A stretch of DNA of 64,000 nucleotides, from the NCBI GenBank assembly GCA_037447605.1, contig CM074811.1, positions 3,472,001 through 3,536,000 of the forward strand, read 5' to 3'. The notes beneath the pieces are model-generated. The model was not told the DNA's origin. It saw nothing but the letters and a program-made list of their open reading frames with translations, and did not search any database. This document shows, one piece after another, positions 37,574 through 50,993 of the stretch. Both the position numbers and the translations under genes were made by a program. The DNA is from Zygnema circumcarinatum SAG 698-1b. Lineage: Eukaryota > Plantae > Zygnematophyceae. The first letter of the stretch is position 1. Every line of letters begins with the position of its first letter.

Positions 37574-40500
37574 GGGTAGTGATATTTCCACCCCTTTTTT
37601 GGATCCAAACACCCCTCCCCGGCCGGGCAGATTTCAAAAGGGATTAAAAACGGAAAATGCTTTTTTCACACCTTTTTGGAATCGATACCCACCTTCTTCC
37701 GTCGGCTGATTTTATTTTTGCTAACCAAGGAAAATGATACCCGGTCACTGCATTTTGAATACTGTATCCCGCCTAGCTGAATTTTTTTTTTGAGGGAAAG
37801 AAATATCTGCCAGCCCGAATCCGCTCGAAGTGGAAGATCCGTCCGCCACGAGATTGTTGCGTGGTGTCCGTCGGCACTTGCTGCGTGTGTGTCGATCGCG
37901 TAATGATTCCCTGCAGATGCATCAGCGCGAGGTCGCGGATTAGATTAATGCGGCGGGCACCGATCTTGGCGAATGGAAAGCCCGAGTCGATCAAAGCGAG
38001 ATCACTTGCACGTCGCAGTGCTTGTAGCGTCGATCGGCGAGATCTCGTCATTGTTAGCTCCCGACCAATCAACAGGTGCCACGTGTTACATTTTTAACTT
38101 GGAAATTTTTGTTTGGTCCAAGCTCTCAATGTAGGAATTTTTGGGTTATTCAATGTAGCGACCGTACGACATTTGTACGAAACAACTTTTGAGGCGACTT
38201 TGGCGGGATACGTGGGCACGTGCCATTCGCTGTGACCGAGCCCGGCTGCAGAGTGATCTGCCGTGTTGCGATTTGCGAGGGAATCGACGGCTGCGATTGA
38301 CCGCACGCGTGAAACGAAATTCAAGTAAGCGGGATATTCAAAATGGGGTGACGGGTTATCATTTTCCTTGTTTCGCAAAAATAAAATCTGCCGATGGAGG
38401 GTGGGTATCGATTCCAAAAAGGTGTGAAAAAAGCATTTTCCGTTTTTAATCCTTTTAGATTACCCCGTCACCGCATTTTGAATACTGTATCCCGCCTCCT
38501 TGAATTTTTTTTTTGAGGGAAAGAAATATCTGCCTGCCCGAGCGGAAGATCCGTCCGCCCGCGAAGTCGTTAGCGGTGTCCGTCAGCTTCCTGCGTGTGT
38601 GTCAATCGCGAGCTGTCGATTCCTCGCCGAGATCGCGCGCTTCGCGGATCGCGGATTACGTCTGCGGCGAGACTCTTAGCGAATGGAAAGCGCCCGCGAG
38701 TCGCGTCAAAGAAGCCAAATGGCGTCGCGATGCGGGTGTCGCCGGCCCAAGATCTCGTCATTGTTAGCTTCCAGCCAATCAACATCTGCCACGTGTTAAT
38801 TTATTGACGTGGAAAACTTTGATTGGTCCAAGATCTCAATGTACAAAATTTTGGGTTCCTCAAGTTGCGACCGTATGACATTTGTACGGACAGACGTTGA
38901 AGGGACTTTGGCGGGACTCGCGTGGGCACGCGAGAGGTCATCTTATTTGTGGCCAGAACCCGACTGCAGTCCCTGTCGAACCAGTACGTCTGCGTGTTTA
39001 CTTGTCTCTTGAGGAGTCGGCCAGTTGCGATTGACGCGGCGTGAAAAAAAAAATGAATAGGCGGGATATTCAAAATCTGATGGCAGGGGTATCATTTTCC
39101 TTGGTTAGCAAAAATAAAATCAGCCGGCGGAAGAAGGTGGGTATCGATTCCAAAAGGTGTGAAAAAAGCATTTTCCGTTTTAATCCTTTTTTGAAATGCA
39201 TACTTGAGGAAGGGTGTTTGGATCCAAAAAGGGGTGGAAATATCACTACCTAAAAAAGGGTAGTGATATTTCCACCTATGCGCTACTACTTCCAACGGGA
39301 GGCAGATTTCAAAAAGGGATTAAGCGGTCACTGCACCTTTGGGGCTACTTCTTTAGTGGCTGATTCTTGGCCAGGGGAAGATGACTACCCGTCACCGCAT
39401 TTTATCTTGGCATATCCGCCTCCTGAATTTTTTTTTTTTTGAGGAAAGAAATATCTGCCTGCCCGGCGGAAGATCCGTCGCCCGCGAGATGGATTGGTGT
39501 CCGTCGTTCTGCGTGCTTGTCAATGCATGCATGCGATTTCCCTCGCGGTCGCACCACTGCGGATCACCGTTCGTCTGCGGCCGGGCACCGATCTTAGCGA
39601 ATGGAAAGCGCGAGAGTCCGCCAAAGCGGATGCGCCGCGTCGCGATTGCCGCGGCGTCGGCCGAGATCGTGCATTATGGGCTCTCGGCCAATCAACATCT
39701 TCCGTGTTAATATTTTGGCGTGGAAAACTTTGATTAGTCGAGCTCTCAATAGAGTCGGACCTTGACGACGGCGCCAAACCAATTCCAGCGAGCCCGTCCG
39801 GGCCAATTCGCGTTATGCGTGTAGCAACCTTCTGATCCTGCGGGAGATTGTACTTAGAGGCGGCGCTCGTCCTAGTACTCTCACTCGAGGCGAGGGCGGT
39901 GGCGGCGTCGGGGACCACCTAGGACCCGAGGAAGGGTCTGGGGTCCGAACCTGCGAAGGTTGCAAGGGTTCGGCGGCCTTGACATCTTGGGAACATATGT
40001 AGCCAGCGTGCGCCCGATGTGGTCGGGGATCCGCGGAATCCAGGCCACATCTTCACTACGTTTTAGGCGTAACCTTGCGTCGTCAAAATTACATTACGAG
40101 GTTCTGGTTAGTGCAGACGGGAATTTGTCGGTCGGACCCAGCGCGCTGGCACATGGGATCGGCCGTGCAACGTCTGGCGGCGCCCATCGCAGCGGCAGCG
40201 CCTTGAGCTTCTTGATGGCGTTAAATGCGTTGTACACCTCGCCCGGTGCGTGTCGAGAGGACACGTGGCATTACGCCATTGGGCGACCACGCTTCAATCC
40301 TCCATCTTTGGTAGGAGGTTCAGCGGGGGAAGCGTAAAGGCGAGGTATTTATCGTCACCCAACCAACGCTCTGGCGTGGTGGCACCCGAGCTGCGCCCAT
40401 TTCTCACGAAAACTTCTCTCTTGCTCTCTCTCGGCCCAGCTTTCCGGAGATGTGGGCGCCGATTCCTTGAGGCCCGAAGAAGCGGTTTTGATCGTTACAT

Positions 40501-43500
40501 TTGATGCTCCAGAGCGAGCACAGTCACTTGACCACCGTCAGCCCGGCGTTATACTCAACCTGTGAGACCTTGTCTGGCCGAGAACCATATTTGCAGTCTG
40601 ATTCCTCAAAGGTTTGGCCGCGATGGAATTACATCGGCTACGAGGCAGATATACTTGAACGAGTAAGCGTTTCTAAACATCTTACGGATGAGTGGCTTCG
40701 TCGACTCGAGTGTTGGTGGAACGAGATGACAGAGGTGAGGGGCCGGCCAACCCCGAGTCTCCGTCTCCGGTATGCTTTGTCGCCGTCCCTCCACGATTGG
40801 CCTTGATCAACCCTCACTGCTCTCTGCGAACTCGAGGTGAGGATGATCCGGGGAGGGGTATAGAAATGATCCTTTGTTCTGGATGGCCAAGGTAATGGCT
40901 ATAAGGACAAAGTGGTGTCTAGGGCCGGATTAAGTGCGGCGGCCAGCGGAGTTGAGTAGATGCCCCAAGGCGGGAGTGTCGCGGCGACTCGTGCAGGTGA
41001 CTCACGTGATCTCCCGTGCCGAGGTCACATGGGAGTTACTTAAAACCCGTGAGGCCTTTGCTTTCGAGGATTACAGTGGCTGGACTCTCGGGGATGTGGC
41101 GTATGCTCTTCGCTTGTCAACTTGTCAGCGAAACAAACCCCGCCTTGAGGGATCCTGGCGGTACTGACCCCTCACACCTCCTTTTTGAGGAATGGGGCCG
41201 GTGTGGGTATGGACTTGATCACGGATCTTCACATCACGCCTGGGGCATGACTCCATCCTGATCTTTGTCGATGGGCTTCGGCCAAGATGGTGCATTTTGC
41301 ACCAACTCTTTAAGACGGCCCGGGGCGGCGAGATTACTGCGGTACGTATGTTGACAAAGTGTGGAGCGGCTATGGTCTTGATGGACATTGTCGGCCGTGA
41401 TCCGATTCACGGCCATTTTGGGCCGGAAGTCTCCAAAAATCGTTGGGACCAAGCGGCGTTGGTCTGACTTTCCACCTCTTGAAGCGGATGGCGAGGCGGA
41501 GCGGGTGAGCGGGATCTGGAGGATTACCTCGGCATTATGTGGAACCTACGGATGGAGTGCAGGACGAAGGCACTTCAGTGGCAGTCGCCATCAATAATGC
41601 TTTCGAGGAGTCCATCGGTACCACCCCTTTCTTCTTGAACTTTGGCGGCATCCTCTAAATCCCTGCAGCGAGGATCGGCCCACGATCCGTGGAACATGGC
41701 GTCAAACCCCGATCACTTGGAGGCGAGAGGTGATGGGACTCAACCTCCATGATCGAGATCTTTTGTCGACCTTTAATATGCAGCTGCAGAAGGCCACGGC
41801 CGGAGACCTGCTAGCGGCCCGGTCGCGACAAAGGCTATCTTTGACCGTCCGTACCCAACTCACCTTGATGAGGCGATGAGGTGTTCTTGAAAGTCTGGCG
41901 AACTTGAGACTCAAAGCTTATGGCGGAACACGTAAGCTGTGGCCCCGCTTCATCGGACCTTTTAAGGTCGTGAAGCGAATCAATGATGTCGCTTACAGGT
42001 TGGATTTACCATCCCACATGAAGGTGCATCCGGTCTTTCATGTGGGCTTGCTAAAGGTCTACCGTAGCGATGGGAGGATCCAGCCACCTCCCCCACCAGT
42101 GGAACTTGAAGGTGAACTTGAGTACGAAGTTGAAACCATTCAAGCCCACCGTATTGTGAGAAAGGGTCGATCTTCCCGTCACGAATACCTCGTGAAGTGG
42201 TTGGGCTATGGGGTTGAACATAGCACATGGGAAGCCGAGGGCAACAACCAATTGCGGGGGCTCATCAACTTGTCTTTGGGGCTGAGGGCCGCGGGGAGGA
42301 AGCGAGGCGAGGCGGCCTGGGGGTTCTGGCCGTCCCAAGCGCAACTTCGGAAAGGACTTGACGGGATTATCGGCTGACCCTCCGGTTATCACGTGGGATT
42401 ACGGCTGGCGTGCGTTGAGCCTACTGTTTGCCTTTACTACCCCAGCGTGAGCGAGGCGTTCACATTCTCTGAGGAGTAATGTAGTAACCTTCTGATCACC
42501 ACAGGAGGTGTACTTAGGAAGCGCTCGTCCTAGTACTCTCACCCGAGGCGGGCGAGTGTGGCGTCGAGGACCACTAGAGACGGGAAGGGTCCTGGGATGA
42601 ACATGCGAAGGTTGCAAGGGGTTCGATGCAGCCTTGATCTTGAGACATATATGTATCGCGTCGGCGATGGCGGTGAGGATCACGGAATCCCGACCACATC
42701 TTCCTTCGTTTTAGGCGTAGCGCGTCGTCGATACAATTCACAGATTCACGGGTGAATGCAGACCGGTACATCGTCGGACCCAGCGTAGGATCGGCCGTGC
42801 ACCGGCGTCTGTGGCGCGCGTCGCTGGCCAGCGCTGCCCGGCGGAATCGATGTGGCGTTAAAATACGTTGTACACCTGCGACCCGTGCGTGTCGAGAGAG
42901 GCTGGCGTGTGCGATACGCCATTGGGCGACCACGCTTCAATCCTCCATCTTTGGTAGGAGGTTCCAGCGGGGAAGCGTAAAGGCGAGGGTATTTGTCGTC
43001 ACCCAACCAGCGATACCGGCATTGGTGGCACCGCGAGCTGCGCCACTCTGCGAAGCTTCTCTCTCTTGCTCTCTCTCTCGGCCCGAACTTCAGTCTTGGT
43101 GTGTGATTCAGCCTTGAGGCTGGCGGTTTTAGAGTCGTTCTGATGCGGCCGGGCCTTTTTAAGCCAAAAGTGGGCGTTAAACCCGGGCTCGGCGCCCGAG
43201 CCTGTATCTCATTTTTGTAACCTATTTGAAATACGGACGTGGCGAACAGCGAGGTTGAGAGCGCCGGTTCGAGCCGAATGCCGCATCGAAATCAATACCT
43301 TTCCGCCGGCGAAATTTTGCAATTCCGCCGGCGATGGTCAAGGTCTGACTCCCCCTAATGCACGAAATATTGGGTTCCTCAAAGTTGCGACCGTCTGACG
43401 TTGTCGCAGGGCCGAGTTTACGAAGGCGAGTTTGGCCGGGATCGTGGGCGTGCCATTGGCGTGACGAGCCGAGGCTGCGAGCAAATGGTGATCTGCTAGG

Positions 43501-43733
43501 GAATCGACGGCTGCGATTGACCGCACGCGTGAAAAAAAATTCAGGTAGGCGGGATATTCAAAATGGGGGTGACGGGTTATTTCCTTGTTTCGCAAAAATA
43601 AAATCTGCCGATGGAGGGTGGGTATCGATTCCAAAAAAGTGTGAAAAAAGCATTTTCCGTTTTTAATCCTTTTTGAAATCTGCCCGGCCGGGAAGGGGTG
43701 TTTGGATCCAAAAAAGGGGTGGAAATATCACTA
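37574..43733. mobile_element. Array of about three MULE-like foldback elements (GGGTAGTGATATTTCC termini, about 200-bp arms), indel-rich
   Basis: Left arms at 37574, about 38460 (truncated) and 39258; inverted arms at 38300-38457, 39040-39250 and 43520-43733. Head-to-head junction GGAAATATCACTACC-TAAAAAAG-GGTAGTGATATTTCC at 39236-39273. Confidence 0.65.
39820..43142 (+). mobile_element. Ty3/gypsy chromovirus, internally deleted or degenerate (LTRs about 39820-40499 and 42480-43142)
   Basis: Integrase C-terminus KLWPRFIGPFKV...YRLDLP...HPVFHVGLLK and chromodomain EYEVETI...EYLVKWLGYGVEHSTWE at 41904-42245; degraded HHCC and core integrase at 40950-41650; two homologous LTRs; candidate 5-bp TSD ATGCG at 39815-39819 and 43143-43147. 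No recognisable gag, PR or RT. Confidence 0.85.
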
Positions 43734-43739
43734 GAGTAA

Positions 43740-44318
43740 TGGAGACTTAAAAATTCTGCATTTAACACTAAAACTGATATTACGTAACATTTAGAGTCAG
43801 CGTCGATGGAAACTAAAATTCGAGCCTAGTTTTTACTTTCATGTGCCCAGTCTGATGCGCACTCGCGATGCCGTCGCCGCACTTCTCCAAGCGCGTCTTA
43901 TAGCCGGCTCTCAGCAGCGGGGCCTCAGACTTTAGAACCCGGCGCCCGGCGGCCTTGTGAGGAGACGCCCGCTTGTCGTTGTGTCAATAGGTATTCTGCG
44001 GCGTCCGCGGTAGCGAGCGAGGAAGCCAGGAAAACAACCATGGCACGTCCGCGTTGGCCAGCGATTCTTGCCAGTATTTTCTTTGTGCACATAGTTCGGC
44101 CTCTTTTGAGTGCGAACAAAATCGTGCGAAGAAATGCAATTTCAGTAAACCCCACGGGTCAATCTTCGCAACGTTGACCCGTTGACTTAGTACAGTTGAC
44201 TTCCGTTCGGTTCGGTTTAGGTTCGGGGGCGCGATGATTTTTAGTACTTAGTAACCTCGATTCTCGTAATACTAAAAACTCGATATTCGTAACATTTTGT
44301 TAAGTCTGACACGCCCTA
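43740..44318. mobile_element. Non-autonomous TIR element (TIR GGGGRTGTCAGACTTA), sister of 55725-57051
   Basis: 44160-44310 is essentially identical to 56895-57045. Carries the empty site AAACTAAAA (43810-43818) of the MULE inserted in the sister copy. Confidence 0.7.
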
Positions 44319-45071
44319 CTACCCCTTTTTTTATTTTACTTTTCCTTTTCTGCCTCGTCCCGACGGGTTGCCCGCCGACAAATATTGTAAAATTTGCGGC
44401 AGGTAACAACCGCCCCAGGTGCTGCCGGGCTGTATCTTCCCGTCCGTACATTTTCCTTGTACAGTAGCCCCCCTAATCTTTTCGCCATGGTTTCGGCAAA
44501 TATTAGGGGGAGGCAGACCTCGACCATCGCCAAATCAATTTCGTAAGCCTGTCGGGCGAATTAAGCGTTGTACGGCGGGCGCTTTTAGTAAGAAGCGCAG
44601 GTTCGGCAGGTTCGGCCGCAATTTGCACGGCCTCCAGAGGCCCTGCGTTTGGGCGTGCTTAATCGCCTAACAGTATTTGGGCCTCTTTTCGTAACCCTTT
44701 TCGTAGTACGGACGGGACAGAGGTTCGGGGGAGCCGCGGTTTCCAACCCAAATTCTGCAATCGACAAGGTCTCCCCTATTCCGTCGTCGTCAACGATGCG
44801 CAGGAACAAGAACGGACAGCAACTTCAAAATAAATTTATTTGAGAAGTACAAAAATCGTGATAGCGCGAGTGAGTTTCCTGCGGTCAAGTTCGCTCATGC
44901 CACGTCCCTCCTCTCTCCCTCCCTCCCTCTCTCTCTCTCATTTCCTCCTCCCATCCCCATGCCATCCCTCGCCCCCCCTCTCTCCTGTACATCCCATCCC
45001 ACCCGACTCCATCATCACATCATCCTGTCCGCCGCACAACATCACATCCCACCACAGACTACTTCTCATTC

Positions 45072-47422
45072 TCAAACGACGACGAGTCCCCCCCCAATAG
45101 CCGCAGCCAGACTCAAAAGTACGGCCATGGCTGAGAAGAGCAGAGATGCGTGAAGATGGGCGGCTGCTCCCGGAGGAGGAGGGGAAGGAGGAGGAGGAGG
45201 AGGAGAGGAGGAGGCAGTGCCATTGTCGGGCGGGATCAGGACGCCGGAAATTCCATGCACTGCGGTGGAGCCTGTGAGAGTGACATCTGTCGCTTCCACA
45301 AGAACGGAATTTGCGTAAAGTCCGGAGCTGTTCCGGGTCACGTTGAGGGCCCCGCCTTGCACTGTCGGGAGGGAGGTGAGGGAGGGGCTGGCGGGCAGGG
45401 CGGTGAGGATGGCTGCCGCCGGAAGGTAGGCCGGCACCGCATGGTACTGCAGCACATTAGTCACGTCTGCAAGCGCGCCGGACGGGGCGCTTGCAAATGC
45501 CTGCATTGCTCGAACATAGACACGCACAATGAGAAGGTAAAGAGGAAGGAAGGAAGGAAGGAAGGAAGCGTCAGGCGTTTGACGTTTATCGAAAAGGCTC
45601 ACTGGAGAATGCTAGAAAAAGTGGTCGAATTTCATCTAGTCTTTTCAAATTCGATTATGATTATAGTCGTATTAGTTGGCTTATGAACTGAAGTGACCTC
45701 ATCTGAGGGAGCGAAAAGCGTCCTGTTGTTGCCATCTCCGATGCCGAGCTCCGCGGCGTAAGCGGGCAGCAGCCCCGCCAGCGTCGAGTAGTTGGCCGCC
45801 CGCAGCGCTGCGAGCACCTCCTGGAGCTGCGAGAGAACCAAAACGCCGCCGATTCCATGCACCGCAGTTACTCCGCTCGTTACAATGTCCGTTTCAACGA
45901 CCTCGTTACCGTTCACATAGACACCCGTAATGTTCAACGAGACTGTGAGATTCTCGTTTGTGAGAGTTGTGGGTATGACTTGAGGGCTCTCCACGAGGAG
46001 GGCGAGCACTGAAGCCGCGGGAAAGTAAGCCGGCGCGATGTGGTACTGAAGGAGAGCCACGATGAAGGAAGAGTCGTTGAGACGGGGATTGATTATCGCA
46101 GCCGCCGCTGCAAAGGCCTGGAAACATGCAACCATTGATATTAATGACACTTTTCCTACACACAAAAAGTAAAGAAATCTCGACGATTAACAAAGATAAA
46201 CTATATAAATGATGCGAATGGAAATGCGTGTCTAGCCCTGACCTCATCAGTGGGCGCAAAGATGGTCCTGTTGGAGCCATCCGATAAGTTGAGCCGCGAG
46301 AGGATGTCTCCCGTGCCGAGAACTTGCAGCAGAGTGCTGTAGTTTCCAGTTGCGTTCAACGCAGCCACAACAGAATTCAGTTCCTCCGTCCCGTTCACCG
46401 GTCCGTTAGGAATAGCTGGAGGCACCAGCACCCCATTTATTGCGTGCACTGCCACAACGCCTGACTGAACGATGTCCGTTTGAATTACAGGACGCTCGTT
46501 CACATAGATCCCCGAGGCGTCTTGTGTGACTGAAATGAGGTAGTCGCTGCCGAGGCGAGTGGGAAAGGTGGTCGCGTTTTGGGAGGCGTTGAGAGCAGAG
46601 AGGAGAGCGGTAGAGGGGAGGTAGGCGGGCACGATGTGGTAGGAGAGGGTGTCGAGGAGGGAGGCGAGGCTGTCGGAGCTTATGCTTGTTGGGTCCGTAA
46701 CACCTGCAGCTGTTAATGCCTGCATGGCAGCATGCACGGGAAAGTGAGAGGAAGCGGGTGGAGGGGGAGAGGGGGAGGGAGAGGAAGCGAGGGTGAGAGC
46801 GAGAAAAACTGATTGGGTACGAGAGTGGAATACGATGTTGAACGGCTAAAGGCACAAGGGAAAGGACAATTTGAATTTATTGTAAATCAAGAGAAAATCC
46901 CCACTCTCATGCTTCGCCCACCCGTCTCCTTCTCTCCGGCGCCCCTCCATCCCTGTACCTTCCCTCTCATATCCATTCTCCAGCCAGCCTCCTCCGTTCA
47001 ATCTCCCATTCTCTCCCATCCCTCTTTCCTCACACGTCTCCAACCCCTTTACCAACCTCTGAAGCGTCACACGTTTCCCTCCCTCTTATCCTTCTCTCCC
47101 TCTCCCTCTCCCTCTCCCTCTCCCTCTCCCTCCCCCTCCCCCTCTCCCTCTCCCTCTTCCTATTCCTCTCCCCCTCCCTCTCCCCTCCCCTCACCGCATC
47201 AGAAGGCACGAAGATGGTCTTGTTGGAGCCGTCCGCAAGGTCAAGGTCCCCCGCGATGGAGGCGTTGCTGAAGAGCGCCTCCATTATGAGGTATCCGTTC
47301 ACGTTCAGAGAGGCGATCACGTTCTGGAGCTGCCCCGCGCCGCTCTGCTGCGCCCTCGCCTTCCCATAGAAACCACCCGCGAGAAAAACCACGAGCAACA
47401 CCGGGACGCACTTACTCGCCAT
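45072..47422 (-). CDS. Fasciclin (FAS1) domain protein A: signal peptide, 3 FAS1 domains, Ser-Pro stretch, GPI-anchor-type C-terminus (517 aa)
   Basis: Exons 47422-47195, 46719-46243, 46117-45698, 45500-45072, all phase 0. H1 motifs TIFVPSDA, TIFAPTDE, TLFAPSDE; YH motifs; H2 motifs VHAINGVL, VHGIGGVL, VHGISGVL. Many NxS/T sites. Hydrophobic tail LLFSAMAVLLSLAAAIGGGLVVV. Confidence 0.92.
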
Positions 47423-47715
47423 CTCCCTCTCACTCTCCCTCTCTCTCGCACTCTCTGAACCGCTCTTCCCCTCTCTCTCTTTCTCCCCCTCACTCTCCCC
47501 CACAATCTCTCTCGCTCTCCCTCTCTCTGAGCTTCTCTCTCTCACTCTACCTCCCACTCGCTGACGCTCTCTCTCTCTCCCCACTATCACTCCCTTTGAC
47601 CCGCACTCTCCCCCTTAGTCCGCGACAAGATTATCGGCGCGCTTTTATGTCCGCTTAGCGCCAAAGAGGAAGCTTCCTCGCTGCGTCTGAGAAGCTTCCA
47701 ATTAAGGGGCCTCTT

Positions 47716-47754
47716 GCCACGTGGCTCCGATTGACGCAAGTGTAAACACGTGGC
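47716..47754. promoter_or_regulatory. G-box / TGACG / ABRE-type module upstream of fasciclin A
   Basis: GCCACGTGGC (47716-47725), TGACG (47732-47736) and ACACGTGGC (47746-47754), about 300 bp upstream of the ATG; conserved in the paralog. Confidence 0.5.
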
Positions 47755-49450
47755 GAATGCTCATTCGCCGAACGGCGGGCGGTTGCTGCCGTATGAGAGT
47801 CAATTTGGTCAAAGAGGGCGGGGTCGGATGACGACAAAAAATATGGTTAAGGACTTTAGAGCCATAACTGGAAACTGTTTTTGGTCGGGCAGGGACGGAA
47901 AACGTTTGGATTTTACTTTTCATTTTGGGCAGGAGTGGAATTTTTTTTTGGATCCCGAACCCTACGTTCGGGTTTTGCCCATTTTGACTCTCCAACTCTC
48001 TCCCTCTTCCAAAAACTGCTACCACTCTTTCTTCCCCTTCCAAGAACGCGCCCTCTCCCAACATTTCTTGCCTTTTCAGGGGTTGAGATGTGTGGTGAAT
48101 AGGCGAAGCAAAGCACAGGCGCAAGGAGCCCATGTGAACACGCGCTGCAGCGAATTGTTGTCACATTGTTTTCATAGTGTTGGAAGAACGTGGATTTTAA
48201 GTAATAAATAAATATAAAAATATCCACGATGTCCATGGCTGTTTCTGCGGGGGTGTTGCGGAAGTCGCTCTTGGCTCAGCGCCTCCGGCCCTTCTTTCCT
48301 GCGCTGTAATTTGCCGGTTTGCAACCGGAAACCGAAAACCAGAAACTAGAGACGGTCAGATTCTGTCATGAGGTGAGTCATGAGGTCATGAGTCGGCCAC
48401 CCTCTTGTGGGGCCGCTGGCCGTTGGATTCGGTTTGCCATAGGCTGCTCTAGCCGTACGATTTAGGGCTGTGCTGGCACTATCTGGTGATAAGGCATTGA
48501 ATAATTCCGTCCACCTAAAAATGCCATTCTATGTGTTCCGGGCAGCTTCTAAAACTTCGAAAACTTTCGTTTTCAATTCCAATCTTTTTTATTTTACTTT
48601 TCTTTTTTCCGCCTCGTCCCGACCGGCTGCCTGCCGACAAATATTGTAGAATTTGCGCCAGGTAGCAACCGCCCCAGGTGATGCCGGGCTGGTAAATCTG
48701 AATCCGTACATTTTCCGTATTACAGTAGGACCCCATGATATTTAGGGGGAGTCAGACCTTGACCATCGCCAAACCAATTTCGTAAGCCCGTCGGGCCTAT
48801 TCCGCCGTGTACGGCAGGCCTTTTTCGCAAAAAGTGGCCGTTCTGCAGGTTCGGGCGCCGCGAATTCAAGAAAATAATTATTTTACCTTCGTATCTCCGA
48901 GCCAGGTCTGACCCCCCCCTTTTCGCCCCGCCGCGCTCCCTCCGCCGCCCGCCGCCCTCCGTTTTGTCGCCACGCGCGCCTCACACGTGTGAGATGCGCT
49001 CGCACGTGCGTGACGCGCATGGCGACAAGGCGAGGCACGATTCCTCATCGGCGGATTTGCTGCCTTTTCAACAAAACCGAAACGCAGGGCCTCCGGAGGC
49101 CCTGCGTTTCGGCGAGCGGATGTCGGCGGATTTCGGAAATTTGGGGGCATTTTTGTAACCTATTCCGTAGTACGGTTGGGACATGACAGGTTCGGGGGAG
49201 CCGCGGCTTCCGACCCGAAACCTGGAAACGAAATCAATACCTTTCCGTATAGGGAATCTTTGAATTTCGTAAGCGATGGTCAAGGTCTGATCCCCCCTAT
49301 TTTTGTAACCTATTTCGTAGTACGGAGGGGACATGACAGGTTCGGGGGAGCCGCGGTTTCCGACTCGAAACCTGGAAACGAAATCAATACCTTTCCGTAT
49401 AGGGAATCTTAGAATTTCGTAAGCGATGGTCAAGGTCTGACTCCCCCTAT

Positions 49451-50993
49451 TGGGGACGACTATTTACAGTGTCCTTTTTCTGAATGTAGTGTACTTTTTC
49501 GCCGGGCAGCTTGTACAATGGATTTTTGCGTTGCCGTAGGCAAAAGCTTTGTCATCGTTTTCATCCGTACGACGGGTTCGATTAGGTTGTCAAAGATGAA
49601 TTTAATGAAAATCGGGTATAGTTGCCGCGAGTCTGACGTTGCCACGTCGCGCGTCCGGATTTGTTGTGCTTTTCGTTGGATCGAATGCGCAGAAAATGGG
49701 GTATATCGCGTAACCATTCTGTCATTGCCACGTGTCCTTTTCTACGTACGACAGCGTTCGATTTTGATGTTTTATGTGGCGTACGGATTCGGTTAGGTTG
49801 TCAAAGATGAATTTAATGAAAATGGGGTATAGTTGCCGCGAGTCTGACGTTGCCACGTCGCGCGTCCTGATTGGTTGTACGTTTCGTTGGATCGAATGCG
49901 CAGAAAATGGGGTTTATTGCGTACCCATTCAGCTTATGTGTTCGATCAGTTTCCGTTTCAGTTCACTTCACATAATTAAGGTTCGAAGACATTTCTATAA
50001 AAAGGCAACGCACGAGGATCTTGATCCGCAGCTTGTTGTTTTTGCGAAAAATGCTGTTTCATACTTTTCAGAATAGATACAGACCTTTTTTTGTCGGGTG
50101 TACGGATGGTGATTTGAATGTACAAATCCCGCTCGTGTGCAAGGTATAAGGGCGCAACACGATGATTGGTCGCGGCAACATATGACGTGACAAGTATGTT
50201 TGGGAACGTGACGTGACAAAACGAAACGAGAAAAAAGTGGTCCGCGGACGGCAATCGGAAATGGCGAGAAATAAACTGACAGACTTTAAAAACTCATTTG
50301 AGGGTTTTTCAACGTCTATAAGGAGACTTGTTTAATATACAGAAAATCCCCAGCCACACCATGGCTGGGTTACGCTTCAAGAAAATTCTGTCATTTCATA
50401 TGTCCAACATCCTGTTCACTTCATCCCGCTACCCTTTTTGCTGCCTGAATGCTTCTACACCACCCGTGCTTAAAAAACACCACCCGTTTTATCGTACTAC
50501 TCATGATGGTGAGGACAACTCCTTCCTGTATACACCTCTTCCTGACATCTTCAATGAACTCCTCCCGCGTAACGAACTCCATCTCCTGCTGCCTTGCGCG
50601 ACCTGTACAATGGAGGTGCGAAGGTGCGGCAGACGCACTCAAAAACCCTAAAACGAGTTTTTGAAGTCTATCAGTTTTTTTCCCGCCATTTCCGACTGCC
50701 GTCCGCGGACTCCACTTTTGTCGCGTCTCGTTTCGTCATGTCACGGTCCCAAACATACTTGTCACGTCATATGTTGCCGCGACCAATCATGTAGCTCCAC
50801 GTGTTGCGCTCTTATACCTTGTACACGCGCTTCGTGCATTCAAATCACTATCCGTACACCCGACAAAAAAAGGTCTGTATCTATTATGAAAAGTATGAAA
50901 CAGCATTTTTCGCAAAAAAAAACCTTTGTACAAGCTGCCCGGTGAAAAAGTACACTACATTCAGAACAAGGACACAGTAAATAGTCGTTTCCT
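49451..50993. mobile_element. Long-TIR foldback element; left arm interrupted by a piece of the composite repeat
   Basis: 49455-49530 plus 50047-50315 is the reverse complement of 50627-50990. The insertion at about 49531-50046 is flanked by TTTTTGCG on both sides. No clear TSD for the outer element. Confidence 0.7.

Noticed and set aside
34851-37852. Tandem duplication of about 1.5 kb (34851-36345 versus 36356-37852) including two copies of the RLE ORF
   Set aside because: The copies appear identical apart from homopolymer length and abut a 10-N gap, typical of overlapping contig ends. Treated as a probable assembly artefact.
39236-39273. CACTA transposon ends or Helitron 3' end at TAGTG/CACTA
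   Set aside because: The conserved sequence continues inward as roughly 200-bp inverted arms beginning GGGTAGTG, which fits a MULE-like foldback better.
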